Shown piece by piece: positions 40,793-49,018 of a DNA stretch of 51,500 nucleotides. The first letter of the stretch is position 1. Every line of letters begins with the position of its first letter. This DNA is from a virus. The notes beneath the pieces were generated by a model. It worked only from the letters and a program-made list of their open reading frames with translations. It did no database searches and was not told where the DNA came from. The translations under genes were made by a program, and so were the position numbers. The stretch lies in IMG/VR virus record IMGVR_UViG_3300021446_000092, positions 1-51,500 of that record. One strand, written 5' to 3'.

Positions 40793-41083
40793 TTACTCAC
40801 TGTTGACCACCCAGTCCTCGCCGTCCTCCCAGTTGACCTCGCTGACCGGGACGTGTTTCTGACAGCCAGCGCAGTACGTCTTTCCGTAGTACGACGGGTC
40901 GCGGGCGACGGACTCCGGAAGGTCGCCGGTCATCGTGGTCCGCGTCCCGCACTCCTCGTGGATGTACGTCTCCCGCGGCTCCTGCTCAAACCCGCCCTCG
41001 TCTACGGTCGGGTAGTTCTCATACTGGCCGTCCGCCCGTTGTTCGCCGTAGTCGAAGTCGCCCGGCGGCTGGTCGTCACTCAT
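40793..41083 (-). CDS. Acidic Cys-containing hypothetical protein (96 aa)
   Basis: HEECG...CAGCQ suggests zinc binding. Confidence 0.7.
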   Translation of the reverse strand: MSDDQPPGDFDYGEQRADGQYENYPTVDEGGFEQEPRETYIHEECGTRTTMTGDLPESVARDPSYYGKTYCAGCQKHVPVSEVNWEDGEDWVVNSE

Positions 41084-41621
41084 CGGTGTCCTCCAGCGGG
41101 ATCTCCACGTCGTCGGCGTCCCCGTCCGCCGCGTCCGGGTCCTCCAGTTCCAGGCCGACCATCTGGTCCGGGTCGACGCCCTCGAACTGCGTCAGGTCCA
41201 CGCCGACGAGCGCCTTCCGCTCGTCCTTCTCGATGGAGGCGTCCAGGTCCATCTCCATCCGGTCCGGCGCGCGTTCCTGCTGGCCGGTGTCGAACAGCCA
41301 CTCGTTCCACGATTCGAGGATCTCCACGGCTTCCATGTACTCCCCGCGGTCCGCCTTCTCCCGGATAGCCTTCCGGTAGATGATACTGCTGATTAGCTCC
41401 GCGTCCTCGGATAGGTCCTCGTGAATGTCGTCCCGGAGCGCCTGTATGTCCCGGGTGATTGTCGATGGGGCAACGTCGTACCGCTCCGCGAACTTCTGCC
41501 GTGAGAGCATATCCGGGTGGCCCGCCTCGATGGCGAATTGGAGTAGCTCACTCCGGCGTTCGTGGTAGGTGTAGTCCTCCGGGTCCTTCGCCGGGTCGAT
41601 TTCTATGTCCTTGTATCCCAT
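41076..41621 (-). CDS. HTH protein with acidic C-terminus (181 aa)
   Basis: ATG 41621 behind GGGGTGA. FAERYDVAPSTITRDIQAL is HTH-like. Confidence 0.8.
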   Translation of the reverse strand: MGYKDIEIDPAKDPEDYTYHERRSELLQFAIEAGHPDMLSRQKFAERYDVAPSTITRDIQALRDDIHEDLSEDAELISSIIYRKAIREKADRGEYMEAVEILESWNEWLFDTGQQERAPDRMEMDLDASIEKDERKALVGVDLTQFEGVDPDQMVGLELEDPDAADGDADDVEIPLEDTDE

Positions 41622-41771
41622 AACTGGTTCACCCCGCTCCCGGTGGCCCCCAGCGCCCCGGTGCCGTCCCGCGGTTCCGCGCGTGCGTGGGGGGCGATTG
41701 CGTCCGATTGCGGTGTATCTCAGTACCATCCCGCTCGACTTGAACCTTGGGACAGCGAGGAGATACAGCGG

Positions 41772-42395
41772 TCAGGAGATGAGTCCGGCGTTCCGTGCAA
41801 TCGTGGCGGCGTTTGCGTCCAAGTCGTCCGGGTCCTCGTTGTGCAGGACGTGGATGAAGTCCCGGTCCATCCAGCCCTCATACTTCGTCCGGCGGCCCTT
41901 CAGCCACGTTTCATCCTGGTCATCGCCGCGCGCGTCATGCCGCTTGTTCAGGTCCTCCTCGGGAGCGTCGAGGACGTAGCCCCGGAAGCGCGTGTTGGGG
42001 AGGGTCTGGACGTGGTTGACGAAACGGTCGGACCACAGCCTATCACCCTCGTACAGGACGGTGTTGAACGGGCGGTCAAACGGGTTCCGGGCGGCGTGGT
42101 TAAGGAAGTCCTCCACGTCGTCGGTGACGGCCATGCTCAGGGTGTCTGTGCCTTCGCGCTCGTCTTCGCCGTAGCGGCCGAGGACGGCGAGCTTCTCGTC
42201 GTGGTAGAGTTGGCCTGCAAGGAGTCCCCAGTTGAACACCTCGAACGCGCCGGCCCACCGGAGAACGTGTTTCATCAGGGTGGACTTGCCGGTCGCAGGT
42301 TCCCCGCCGACGCCGATAACGTACAGGAGCGGGCCGTCAGTATCGGTCCCAGGGTCCGGCTGGTCCGGGGCGTCACCGGGTCCGTCGTCGGTCAT
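41772..42395 (-). CDS. P-loop kinase-like protein (207 aa), candidate DNA 5-hydroxymethyluracil kinase
   Basis: Walker A GVGGEPATGKST in a small kinase-sized protein. ATGA-coupled within the modification cluster. The substrate is inferred from context only. Confidence 0.8.
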   Translation of the reverse strand: MTDDGPGDAPDQPDPGTDTDGPLLYVIGVGGEPATGKSTLMKHVLRWAGAFEVFNWGLLAGQLYHDEKLAVLGRYGEDEREGTDTLSMAVTDDVEDFLNHAARNPFDRPFNTVLYEGDRLWSDRFVNHVQTLPNTRFRGYVLDAPEEDLNKRHDARGDDQDETWLKGRRTKYEGWMDRDFIHVLHNEDPDDLDANAATIARNAGLIS

Positions 42396-42715
42396 ACGTG
42401 TTCCTCCGCAAGAGCGCGCAGGTCCTCCATTCCGGGGACGGTATCGACCCACTCGATGGTGGTAGCGCCGCCGTGGCCGTGGACTTCCAGCGCGTCTTCG
42501 ACGCCGTCCTCGGAGTGATAGGATGCAAAGCCGTTGCGCCCGGTCTGTACGCTGTCGTTCTCGTGGTTGAGCCATTGGAGGTCAACGGCTCCGTCCGGCC
42601 AGCGGACGCCTACTGCGACGGTGCCTGTACCGCTGACGCCGCTCTCATCGGTGGTCCGGACGAGCTTGAAGCGGAGCGGTAGGTTGGTGTCGGCTTGTGG
42701 GTGTTCTTCTGTCAT
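42392..42715 (-). CDS. Hypothetical protein (107 aa) in modification cluster
   Basis: Coupled ORF with no recognisable motif. Confidence 0.7.
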   Translation of the reverse strand: MTEEHPQADTNLPLRFKLVRTTDESGVSGTGTVAVGVRWPDGAVDLQWLNHENDSVQTGRNGFASYHSEDGVEDALEVHGHGGATTIEWVDTVPGMEDLRALAEEHV

Positions 42716-42772
42716 CCCGTGGGGGAGTACGGGGCGGGGGAGTAAGAGCGTGGGGGAAACGCGGGGCTGGAT

Positions 42773-43747
42773 TCACCAGAGGTTCAGGAGCCGCAGGGCA
42801 CGTCTGGCGCATATCGGGGCCAGTAGCAGGCCGACGCGGTGGCCGCCCGTAGCGACGACGCCGGAGGGAAGGTCAGAGCGGATCTGTTCGACCGTGATGG
42901 TATCGCATACGGGACGAACGCCGTCCTGCACTTCTGCGAGGTCGTAGTCTCCGACGATTTCCCCGGCCTTCTTCATCGCGCGGTTCAGTTCAGCTTCGTT
43001 CCCGCCGAGGTCCTGTTCGGTGGTGTCCCCGAAGCGGTACTTATCCCGGTACGGCCGGAGCGTGAGGTGGGAGTACGGCCGCGGGTAGATGGTGTGGGGC
43101 GTGCTGTCCGGGATAGACTCGGGGAGCGCGTCCTTGGTCTCGTCGTAGGCGCGCGGCGGGTCCTCGTCGTAGTCGTGCGGTTCTACGAGCAGGGCGCGGC
43201 CGCGGAGCGGTTCGACGCCGACCGTGGGAAGGTCGGAGGCGCGGAGTAGGTCGTCGGTCCAGGCTCCGGCGGCGACGAGCAGGTTGTCGCATGTCGCGGG
43301 CGGTTCGCGGTCCCCGGTGAAGTGGACGGCCCAGTCCGGTCCATCCTCCTGTGGTGTGGGGGAGATGCGGCCGACTTCCTTCTCGGTGACAGGCTGGAGG
43401 GTGAGGAGTTGACTGCATTCCTCGATGAGGTAGCAGTCGTCCCGAAACTCGCCGTCCTTGCCCTGGAAGGACGTGTATAGCTCGCCGGTATCAAGGAGGT
43501 TCACGCGCCCGTCAAGCCAGTCCACGGCCCATTCGGGGTAGGACTCGTCCCACCAGTCCGGGAGCATCTTGGAGGTGGTGACGCTCTCGTACCACCACAG
43601 TTGGATGATGCCGGCGGCGACCTGCGACGCGCCGAGGTCGTGGTCCGCGTCCCAGATGGTCACGTCGTAGCCGCGCTCCACGGCCATCTGGGCGGCGGTC
43701 ATCCCCCAGAAGCCGCCGCCGATGATGCCCAGGTCTGCGTCCGTCAT
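42773..43747 (-). CDS. FAD-dependent oxidoreductase, D-amino-acid/glycine oxidase (DAO) family
   Basis: N-terminal LGIIGGGFWGMTAA...DVTIWD (GxGxxG, beta-alpha-beta). LLVAAGAWTDDLL...VEPLRGRALL. C-terminal VVATGGHRVGLLLAP. Confidence 0.9.
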   Translation of the reverse strand: MTDADLGIIGGGFWGMTAAQMAVERGYDVTIWDADHDLGASQVAAGIIQLWWYESVTTSKMLPDWWDESYPEWAVDWLDGRVNLLDTGELYTSFQGKDGEFRDDCYLIEECSQLLTLQPVTEKEVGRISPTPQEDGPDWAVHFTGDREPPATCDNLLVAAGAWTDDLLRASDLPTVGVEPLRGRALLVEPHDYDEDPPRAYDETKDALPESIPDSTPHTIYPRPYSHLTLRPYRDKYRFGDTTEQDLGGNEAELNRAMKKAGEIVGDYDLAEVQDGVRPVCDTITVEQIRSDLPSGVVATGGHRVGLLLAPICARRALRLLNLW

Positions 43748-43890
43748 TCAGCCACCTCGATGGCGGTGTATTCGATTTCTGTCAGCCGGTCCAGTTCGTC
43801 GCCGTGGGTCTGGTTTACGTGTTCCATGTGTCCGTCGAAGCTGAAGTTGATGTACGGGCAGAGCGGGCAGGTCAGGACCGTTTCAGTCAT
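43744..43890 (-). CDS. C2H2-like zinc-finger peptide (48 aa)
   Basis: CPLCPYINFSFDGHMEHVNQTH. ATGA-coupled on both sides. Confidence 0.5.
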   Translation of the reverse strand: MTETVLTCPLCPYINFSFDGHMEHVNQTHGDELDRLTEIEYTAIEVAE

Positions 43891-44825
43891 ACGTTCACCC
43901 CGCCGGGAGTGGGCGCGTCGTCCGGGAGCGTGGGGACGTTCTCTTGGTGTTCCCACCAGCGTATCAGGCCGTCGTCGGCGTAGAGGCGCTGAAGGTCGGA
44001 GCGGACGCCGCTCCAGCCGTGCGCCTCCCCGAGAAAGATGTGGGGGAATACGTCGGCGCGGGCTTCCCACCAGACGGGCGGCGCGAAGTCCAGTTGGTTC
44101 CCGTACAGGTCTATGTCGTGGCCGACGTAGTAGTGGCCCTTGACGGCGGAGTTGAAGTCGCACAGGCACGTCTCCATCTGGTCCAGCCCGGAGAACTGCA
44201 CGCCCTCGTGTCGGCAGTCCGCGAGCATCTGTTTCTGGAGGCTCACGTCGTTGGCGCACCGCTTCCAGTCCTCCCCGGTTATCTTGACCATCCCGGGGAT
44301 GGGGCCGGCGGTCTTGGACTTCCCGCCGACGCCGATGTCGGAGGCGGTGATGGGGTAGTCCATGACGTGGGCGAGCAGATCCGCCCACTTGTAGGATGCC
44401 CACGGGCCGTTCCACGGGACGCTTTCGTACTGGTCCCGGGCTTCGTCCCACCCCTTCTCTCCCTCCAGCGTGTTCCACAGCGACGGCTCCAGCAGGCCCG
44501 TCTCGACGGTCTGCTTGACGTTCTTGAGCGCCGGGGACGGCTGGCCGCGGAAGCACCTGCGCTCGGTCCCTGTCGGTAGTGCAAGCTCTGACTTTGGCGG
44601 GACGGTCGGCTCCGGGTAGTCCTGCCACAGCGTCATCGCGCTCCCGACGTGGTAGAACGTGGTGTACAGGTAGAGCCTCCAGAGCCGCGCTTGCTCACCG
44701 AGGTCCTGAAGCTCGAACACCCGCTTGAACCACGGGTATATCGGGTCCACGTCCCATGACCAGAGGTGCCAGCGGCTCCACTCGCAGAAGTCCTTGAACA
44801 GGTCCGGGTCGTAGTCTATCTCCAT
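43887..44825 (-). CDS. Trp-rich protein of unknown function (312 aa), candidate base-hypermodification transferase (aGPT-Pplase-like) by context
   Basis: Long ORF between the dioxygenase and the FAD oxidase. I recognise no motif, so the function is inferred from gene neighbourhood only. Confidence 0.85.
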   Translation of the reverse strand: MEIDYDPDLFKDFCEWSRWHLWSWDVDPIYPWFKRVFELQDLGEQARLWRLYLYTTFYHVGSAMTLWQDYPEPTVPPKSELALPTGTERRCFRGQPSPALKNVKQTVETGLLEPSLWNTLEGEKGWDEARDQYESVPWNGPWASYKWADLLAHVMDYPITASDIGVGGKSKTAGPIPGMVKITGEDWKRCANDVSLQKQMLADCRHEGVQFSGLDQMETCLCDFNSAVKGHYYVGHDIDLYGNQLDFAPPVWWEARADVFPHIFLGEAHGWSGVRSDLQRLYADDGLIRWWEHQENVPTLPDDAPTPGGVNV

Positions 44826-44841
44826 CCCCAGCGCCTCCGGG

Positions 44842-45831
44842 TCAGTCCCCGCCCGCGGAGTAGTCCCGCTGGCTTGGCTGTTCTTCCGCCGCGCCCAGTT
44901 CGTCCGGGTCGTCCGCGTAGTCGCGGATCTCCTTGGCGCGCTTCAGTTCTTCTTCGGGCGTCCCGCACTCGGCCATCTCCTCGCGGTAGTACAGGACGAC
45001 GCTCAGGCGCTCGTAATAGCCGTCGCTGGAGTGGAACGGGCCGTTGCCGTGCCACTCGTGTACGTCGTTCAGGAGAACGTCGCCGGCCCGGGCGTCGTAC
45101 GCCATCCCGAACTTCGGCTCGATGAAGTACGCCCCCTCGTAGTCGCCTGCGTCGATGACCGGCATGACGCCGAAGCCTTCCTCGTAGTCGCCGGAGTCGG
45201 TGTGAAGCGCGGTCTGCCAGTTCAGGTTGACGGTGACGGTGGTGAAGGGCGTCCCGGAGATAACCCAGTCGTCCACCGTCTCCTTGGCGACGGCGTTCTG
45301 TCGCTCGTACCGCTCCGGGACGTACTCCGCGAAGGCGTCCCCGGCCCGCTGGAAGAACGGGATTGCGCGGGCGAATTTCTTCGGGTTGTTCACGTTGTAG
45401 GCGGTCTGTCGGCAGTACGGGATCCGCGGGTAGCGGTCGTAGTAGCCGGCGATGCCGGTGTTCGGTTCCATCTCCGGCTTCACCTGCGTCGTCTTACTGA
45501 CCGACCCATCCTCCTTGACCCGCTTCTCGCGGCTCCCCTTCCCGGTCGCCATGCCGCGGTTGACGGAGCCGGTGAACGCCGCGGGGCGGAGCGCCTTGTA
45601 CGCCTCGATACACTTCTCCTGTTCGATGTAGTCGTGGAGGTAGACCGCCAGTATGTCGCCGTTCGGCTTGTACACGATGGCGGAGCCGGTCGTCTCTCCG
45701 GAGATGAGCGTGTCCCAGTCGTCGTCCGTCAGTTTCTCCCCGGCCATCGCCTCCACGTCCTCGTCGGCCATGCAGTCCGATTCCTCCAGCCGGATCTCAG
45801 TCAGTCCGTCGTCGCGTTCAGCCCGCTCCAT
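44842..45831 (-). CDS. 2OG-Fe(II) dioxygenase, probably TET/JBP family
   Basis: Facial triad candidates ALHTDSGD (HxD) and VHEWHGNG (distal His), then RLSVVLYYR (RxS 2OG-binding pattern), with spacing typical of the double-stranded beta-helix. Confidence 0.85.
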   Translation of the reverse strand: MERAERDDGLTEIRLEESDCMADEDVEAMAGEKLTDDDWDTLISGETTGSAIVYKPNGDILAVYLHDYIEQEKCIEAYKALRPAAFTGSVNRGMATGKGSREKRVKEDGSVSKTTQVKPEMEPNTGIAGYYDRYPRIPYCRQTAYNVNNPKKFARAIPFFQRAGDAFAEYVPERYERQNAVAKETVDDWVISGTPFTTVTVNLNWQTALHTDSGDYEEGFGVMPVIDAGDYEGAYFIEPKFGMAYDARAGDVLLNDVHEWHGNGPFHSSDGYYERLSVVLYYREEMAECGTPEEELKRAKEIRDYADDPDELGAAEEQPSQRDYSAGGD

Positions 45832-46595
45832 TAGTCGCCAGCCTCCAGCAGTTCCGCCTCGCCCTCGTCCATCTCTGCGCGCTCCGACTCCCGGCGGACC
45901 GCTTCCTCCACGGCGTCGCTCGTGGTGTCCAGGTCGTACTCCCGCTTGAGGGTCGTGACGCGCTCTTGGAACGTTTGCTTGGCGTCCTCGGTCATGAACA
46001 GTTGGACCATCGCGGTGGCGGTCGTCTCCCCGAGGTGTTCCATCGACCGCGGTGTGGTGTCGTCCTCGCTGTCGGCGGCGTCCGCGGATCCGCTGTCGGC
46101 GTCCGCGTCGGTGTCCTCCGCGTCGGCGTCCGCGTTCTCGCTGTCGGCGTCGCCGCCGGACTCCAGCAGTTCCTCCGGGTCCATCTTCGTTGCGAGGTTC
46201 TGGGCGAGGTCCTGGGGCGCGTAGAAGTCCACCTTGAACCGGGACACGTCGATGTCGTACTTGTCCATCAGTTCCGCCACGCGCTCCTCGTCGTAGGACC
46301 CGGCGCGGTCGTTGTCCGCCATCGCTATCTCCATCATCTCGTCCTCGTCCTCCGGGTCCACGACAGACACGTAGGCTTCCTCCCGGCCCATCTCACGCAT
46401 CGTCTTGAGGCGCTGGTTGCCGCCGATGACGGTCCCGTCGCCGGTGACGATGAGCGGCTTGAACTGACCGTGCGCCTCCAGATGCTTCCGGAGCCGCTCC
46501 AGGTCAGCGTCGTTGACTTCCCGCGGGTTGTCGTCCCACAGTTCGAGGTCGGCCACGTCCGCGTAGGTCTTGCCGCCTTCTTGTCGCGTCTCCAT
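45831..46595 (-). CDS. ParB-like nuclease/N-terminal domain protein with poly-acidic linker
   Basis: ATG 46595 (METRQEGG). LELWDDNPREVNDADLERLRKHLEAHGQFKPLIVTGDGTVIGGNQRL matches the ParB/Srx fold signature. Confidence 0.85.
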   Translation of the reverse strand: METRQEGGKTYADVADLELWDDNPREVNDADLERLRKHLEAHGQFKPLIVTGDGTVIGGNQRLKTMREMGREEAYVSVVDPEDEDEMMEIAMADNDRAGSYDEERVAELMDKYDIDVSRFKVDFYAPQDLAQNLATKMDPEELLESGGDADSENADADAEDTDADADSGSADAADSEDDTTPRSMEHLGETTATAMVQLFMTEDAKQTFQERVTTLKREYDLDTTSDAVEEAVRRESERAEMDEGEAELLEAGD

Positions 46596-46807
46596 AGTCG
46601 GCTGAATGACCGCTGGACGCTTAGAATTTCGGGTTGCGCGGGTCTGTGTGGTTTGCGGCGGTTCTAAACTATCTGCGTTGGTCTGCACGGCTGAGTCCTG
46701 AACAGCTAATAAGTGAAAGAACAAATTGAAACAAATTAGTGGGTATATACTAAGGTAGGATACCCTGCAAGGTATAATTGCCTCCAGGGGTGGAGGCGTG
46801 AATCGCT
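46596..46807. promoter_or_regulatory. AT-rich divergent intergenic control region
   Basis: Separates the minus operon (46595 leftwards) from the plus gene at 46808. Contains aataagtgaaagaacaaattgaaacaaattagtgggtatatactaagg...ggtataattg and the hairpin CCTCCA-gggg-TGGAGG next to the ATG. Confidence 0.5.
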
Positions 46808-47437
46808 ATGTCCAGCGAGCAACAGCAGAGGATCCGGCGGGGGGATGCCATCCGGCAAACTTCCACGGACTACGACACAGACGCACAGGCAGAGGTAGCC
46901 GAAGCAATCGCGGAGCAATGGGGCGAAGGCGAAAGCGTGTCGGACATCGCGGATGCCGCGGGCCGCTCGCCCTCGTTTACGCGCGTGTCTCTCAACGAGT
47001 ACTTCGAGGTCGTTGAGAGGGGGGATAACCCCGCGGACCAGCGCGTCGAAGGCGAAGGCGAGGGAGAAGCCACGGCGGCCGGGGGCGCGGAGGTTGACGA
47101 GGACCGGGTCGCGCTCCTAGCGGACTGGTACGGCGTGTCGGAAGAGAAGGCCCGCACGCTCGCCGCCGCGGAGGCGCAGACCGGCATCGAGCTTCGCGGT
47201 GACGAGCGCGTTGGGCACCCGGAGACGGACCCGAACGCGCGGGCGGGAGATGAGCCGGATGGGGATCCGGAGCCGAGCGAGGAGGGAGATGCAGAGCCGG
47301 AGCAGGCGGCCGCGGGCGCGATGCAGAAGTCCGCGGAGGTACGGCCCGTCGAGAACGTTCCGGCGACCGAGGAGGCGATGCAAGCGTACCGGCTTGGCTT
47401 CCAAGACGGCTTCGCGGCCGGGAGGGAGATGGAGTAA
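46808..47437 (+). CDS. Acidic hypothetical protein (209 aa), possible HTH
   Basis: Acidic ORF. ESVSDIADAAGRSPSFTRVSLNEY is HTH-like. Confidence 0.8.
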   Translation: MSSEQQQRIRRGDAIRQTSTDYDTDAQAEVAEAIAEQWGEGESVSDIADAAGRSPSFTRVSLNEYFEVVERGDNPADQRVEGEGEGEATAAGGAEVDEDRVALLADWYGVSEEKARTLAAAEAQTGIELRGDERVGHPETDPNARAGDEPDGDPEPSEEGDAEPEQAAAGAMQKSAEVRPVENVPATEEAMQAYRLGFQDGFAAGREME

Positions 47438-47439
47438 CG

Positions 47440-47595
47440 ATGGCGTCCGGAGAGACGCGGGCACCTGAGGATGACGTGCCCGTATGCATTGGCCGGATCC
47501 TCGACCTGCACCTCGAACAGCCGACGCGGGTCGAGATAAAGCCAGACGCCAACGACGACCACTACCACATCGTGTGGGAGACGGTCGAGAACTGA
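47440..47595 (+). CDS. Possible small protein (51 aa)
   Basis: MASGETRAPEDDVPVCIGRILDLHLEQPTRVEIKPDANDDHYHIVWETVEN; starts 2 nt after the upstream stop. Confidence 0.45.
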   Translation: MASGETRAPEDDVPVCIGRILDLHLEQPTRVEIKPDANDDHYHIVWETVEN

Positions 47596-47632
47596 CGGTT
47601 CGGCGGGTCCTGGTTCGGCCCACCTGATTCTT

Positions 47633-47929
47633 TCACGCGGCTTCGTGGTCGGTGTCGATTTCTACGTCGGTCGGTTCGTCCATCCGAACGTCCTCGTAGA
47701 CCTGCTCCAGAGCGCCGTGGTCCTCCAGCCAGCAACAGAGCGGGGATAGGTCCGCCATCGCCTCCTGAACGCTCCCGTCGAAGTCCGTCCGCACGGCGTC
47801 CTCGAAGGCGTCCGTCTCCAGCGTCACGTCTACGAGACGGACAGCGGCGGCGATACCGTTGTAGTGCGGATCCTCCCGGATCCGGGTCCAATGCTCGTCA
47901 CACCACGGGTTGAGTCCTTCCTCGGCCAT
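47633..47929 (-). CDS. Acidic hypothetical protein (98 aa)
   Basis: ATG 47929 (MAEEGLNPWCDEHW). Last gene of the right-end minus operon. Confidence 0.75.
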   Translation of the reverse strand: MAEEGLNPWCDEHWTRIREDPHYNGIAAAVRLVDVTLETDAFEDAVRTDFDGSVQEAMADLSPLCCWLEDHGALEQVYEDVRMDEPTDVEIDTDHEAA

Positions 47930-47972
47930 ACGCGGGGCTTCGGACGCTGGAGGCAAGAAGGCTTCGAGCGGT

Positions 47973-48149
47973 CTACCTCATCACAGTCTGTCCCCTGAGG
48001 AAAGCGTCCCGGACGCGACGGTTGATTACCCAGTCCGGCGGGGCGTCAGCGAGGATGCCTTCGACGGCGCGCTCGTACTTCCGGAGCGGTACGTCGTCCT
48101 CGACGTACGCATCGCGCGCCGCGCTGATGAGCGCGTCTGTCTCCGTCAC
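47973..48149 (-). CDS. Possible small protein (58 aa)
   Basis: GTG start overlapping the upstream stop (GTGA). MTETDALISAARDAYVEDDVPLRKYERAVEGIL.... Confidence 0.35.
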   Translation of the reverse strand: MTETDALISAARDAYVEDDVPLRKYERAVEGILADAPPDWVINRRVRDAFLRGQTVMR

Positions 48150-48346
48150 GGTAAGTCCTCTACCAGCGCGCCGGTTTCGTCGCGCCGGTACGTCTGGTGG
48201 AGGTCAACCATGTAGATGGAGGCTTCCGAGTGCTTCTTGCCGCATTCGTCGCACCGGACGACAGTCTGGGGGTCGCTGTCCCTCCGCCGGTATTCTGTGA
48301 ACCGGGCGCAGTCATTACAGTTGACCCGGAGTTTGAGGTTGGTCAT
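48146..48346 (-). CDS. Zinc-ribbon protein (66 aa)
   Basis: VNCNDCARF...VRCDECGKKH. ATGA-coupled. Confidence 0.6.
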   Translation of the reverse strand: MTNLKLRVNCNDCARFTEYRRRDSDPQTVVRCDECGKKHSEASIYMVDLHQTYRRDETGALVEDLP

Positions 48347-48765
48347 CGAGACGGGAAGCGCGGCCCGCCCTGGTGCTTCTTGATGTGTACCTCCCCGTCG
48401 CGGGCGTGAAGGTCCACGGCCTGCTGTCCAAGCCGTGCGGCGTCCAGCGCCTCCCGCGGGAGGGTAAGGACCAGCGAGTTGCCGTGTTCCCGGATCTCCC
48501 GGGTCCCGGCGTCCTTCCACTTCTCTCCGACGCGGACCGTGAGGTGAAGCCCCTCGGCCCCCGCGGCCGCGTCAACGATGCTGGCTTGGTAGTGGTCCAG
48601 AAGGTCGTGGATGCCCGGCGGGATCTCGTTCCGCGTGAGTAGGAGGGTCACGGTGGGCGGGAAGCGGTCGCCGTCAATCTCCACGGCGGAGACATATGAC
48701 CGCCCTTCGGCGTCGTCCGCGAAGGTCCCAGCGTGTTCACGTCCCGTCGTGCTTGATTCGGCCAT
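48343..48765 (-). CDS. Hypothetical protein (140 aa) with AbrB/SpoVT-like C-terminal segment
   Basis: ATG 48765. A TATA-like TTTAAG lies about 31 nt upstream, suggesting a leaderless-type promoter. NSLVLTLPREALDAARLGQQAVDLHARDGEVHI resembles a swapped-hairpin DNA-binding domain. Confidence 0.75.
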   Translation of the reverse strand: MAESSTTGREHAGTFADDAEGRSYVSAVEIDGDRFPPTVTLLLTRNEIPPGIHDLLDHYQASIVDAAAGAEGLHLTVRVGEKWKDAGTREIREHGNSLVLTLPREALDAARLGQQAVDLHARDGEVHIKKHQGGPRFPSR

Positions 48766-48820
48766 TACACTCCGTATTTGCCCCGGTTTGCTTAAAGAGT
48801 TTCCGTCTCCGCGGGGCGTC

Positions 48821-48852
48821 TCACGGCCGGACTCACGCGGAAGGGCTTCCGC
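48821..48852. repeat. Copy 1 of a duplicated hairpin-containing element (copy 2 at 49018-49056)
   Basis: tcacggccggactcacgcggaagggcttccgc versus tcacggcgactcacgcggcggaagggcttccgcgtgag. Both contain the stem GCGGAA/TTCCGC. Confidence 0.7.
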
Positions 48853-49018
48853 CGCCTGGAGAGCCGCGGGGCCGCCCCGATTTCCGTCCGAACGTACAGC
48901 CTTCGGAGGAAATAGGTCCGGTCCCACAACTCTCCGCAGTATGCTTTCAGCCGCCCCAGCGTGTTAATCTACACCTTCACTCTGAACGGGATGGGGAAAA
49001 GTGTTCCGGGCGGGGTGG

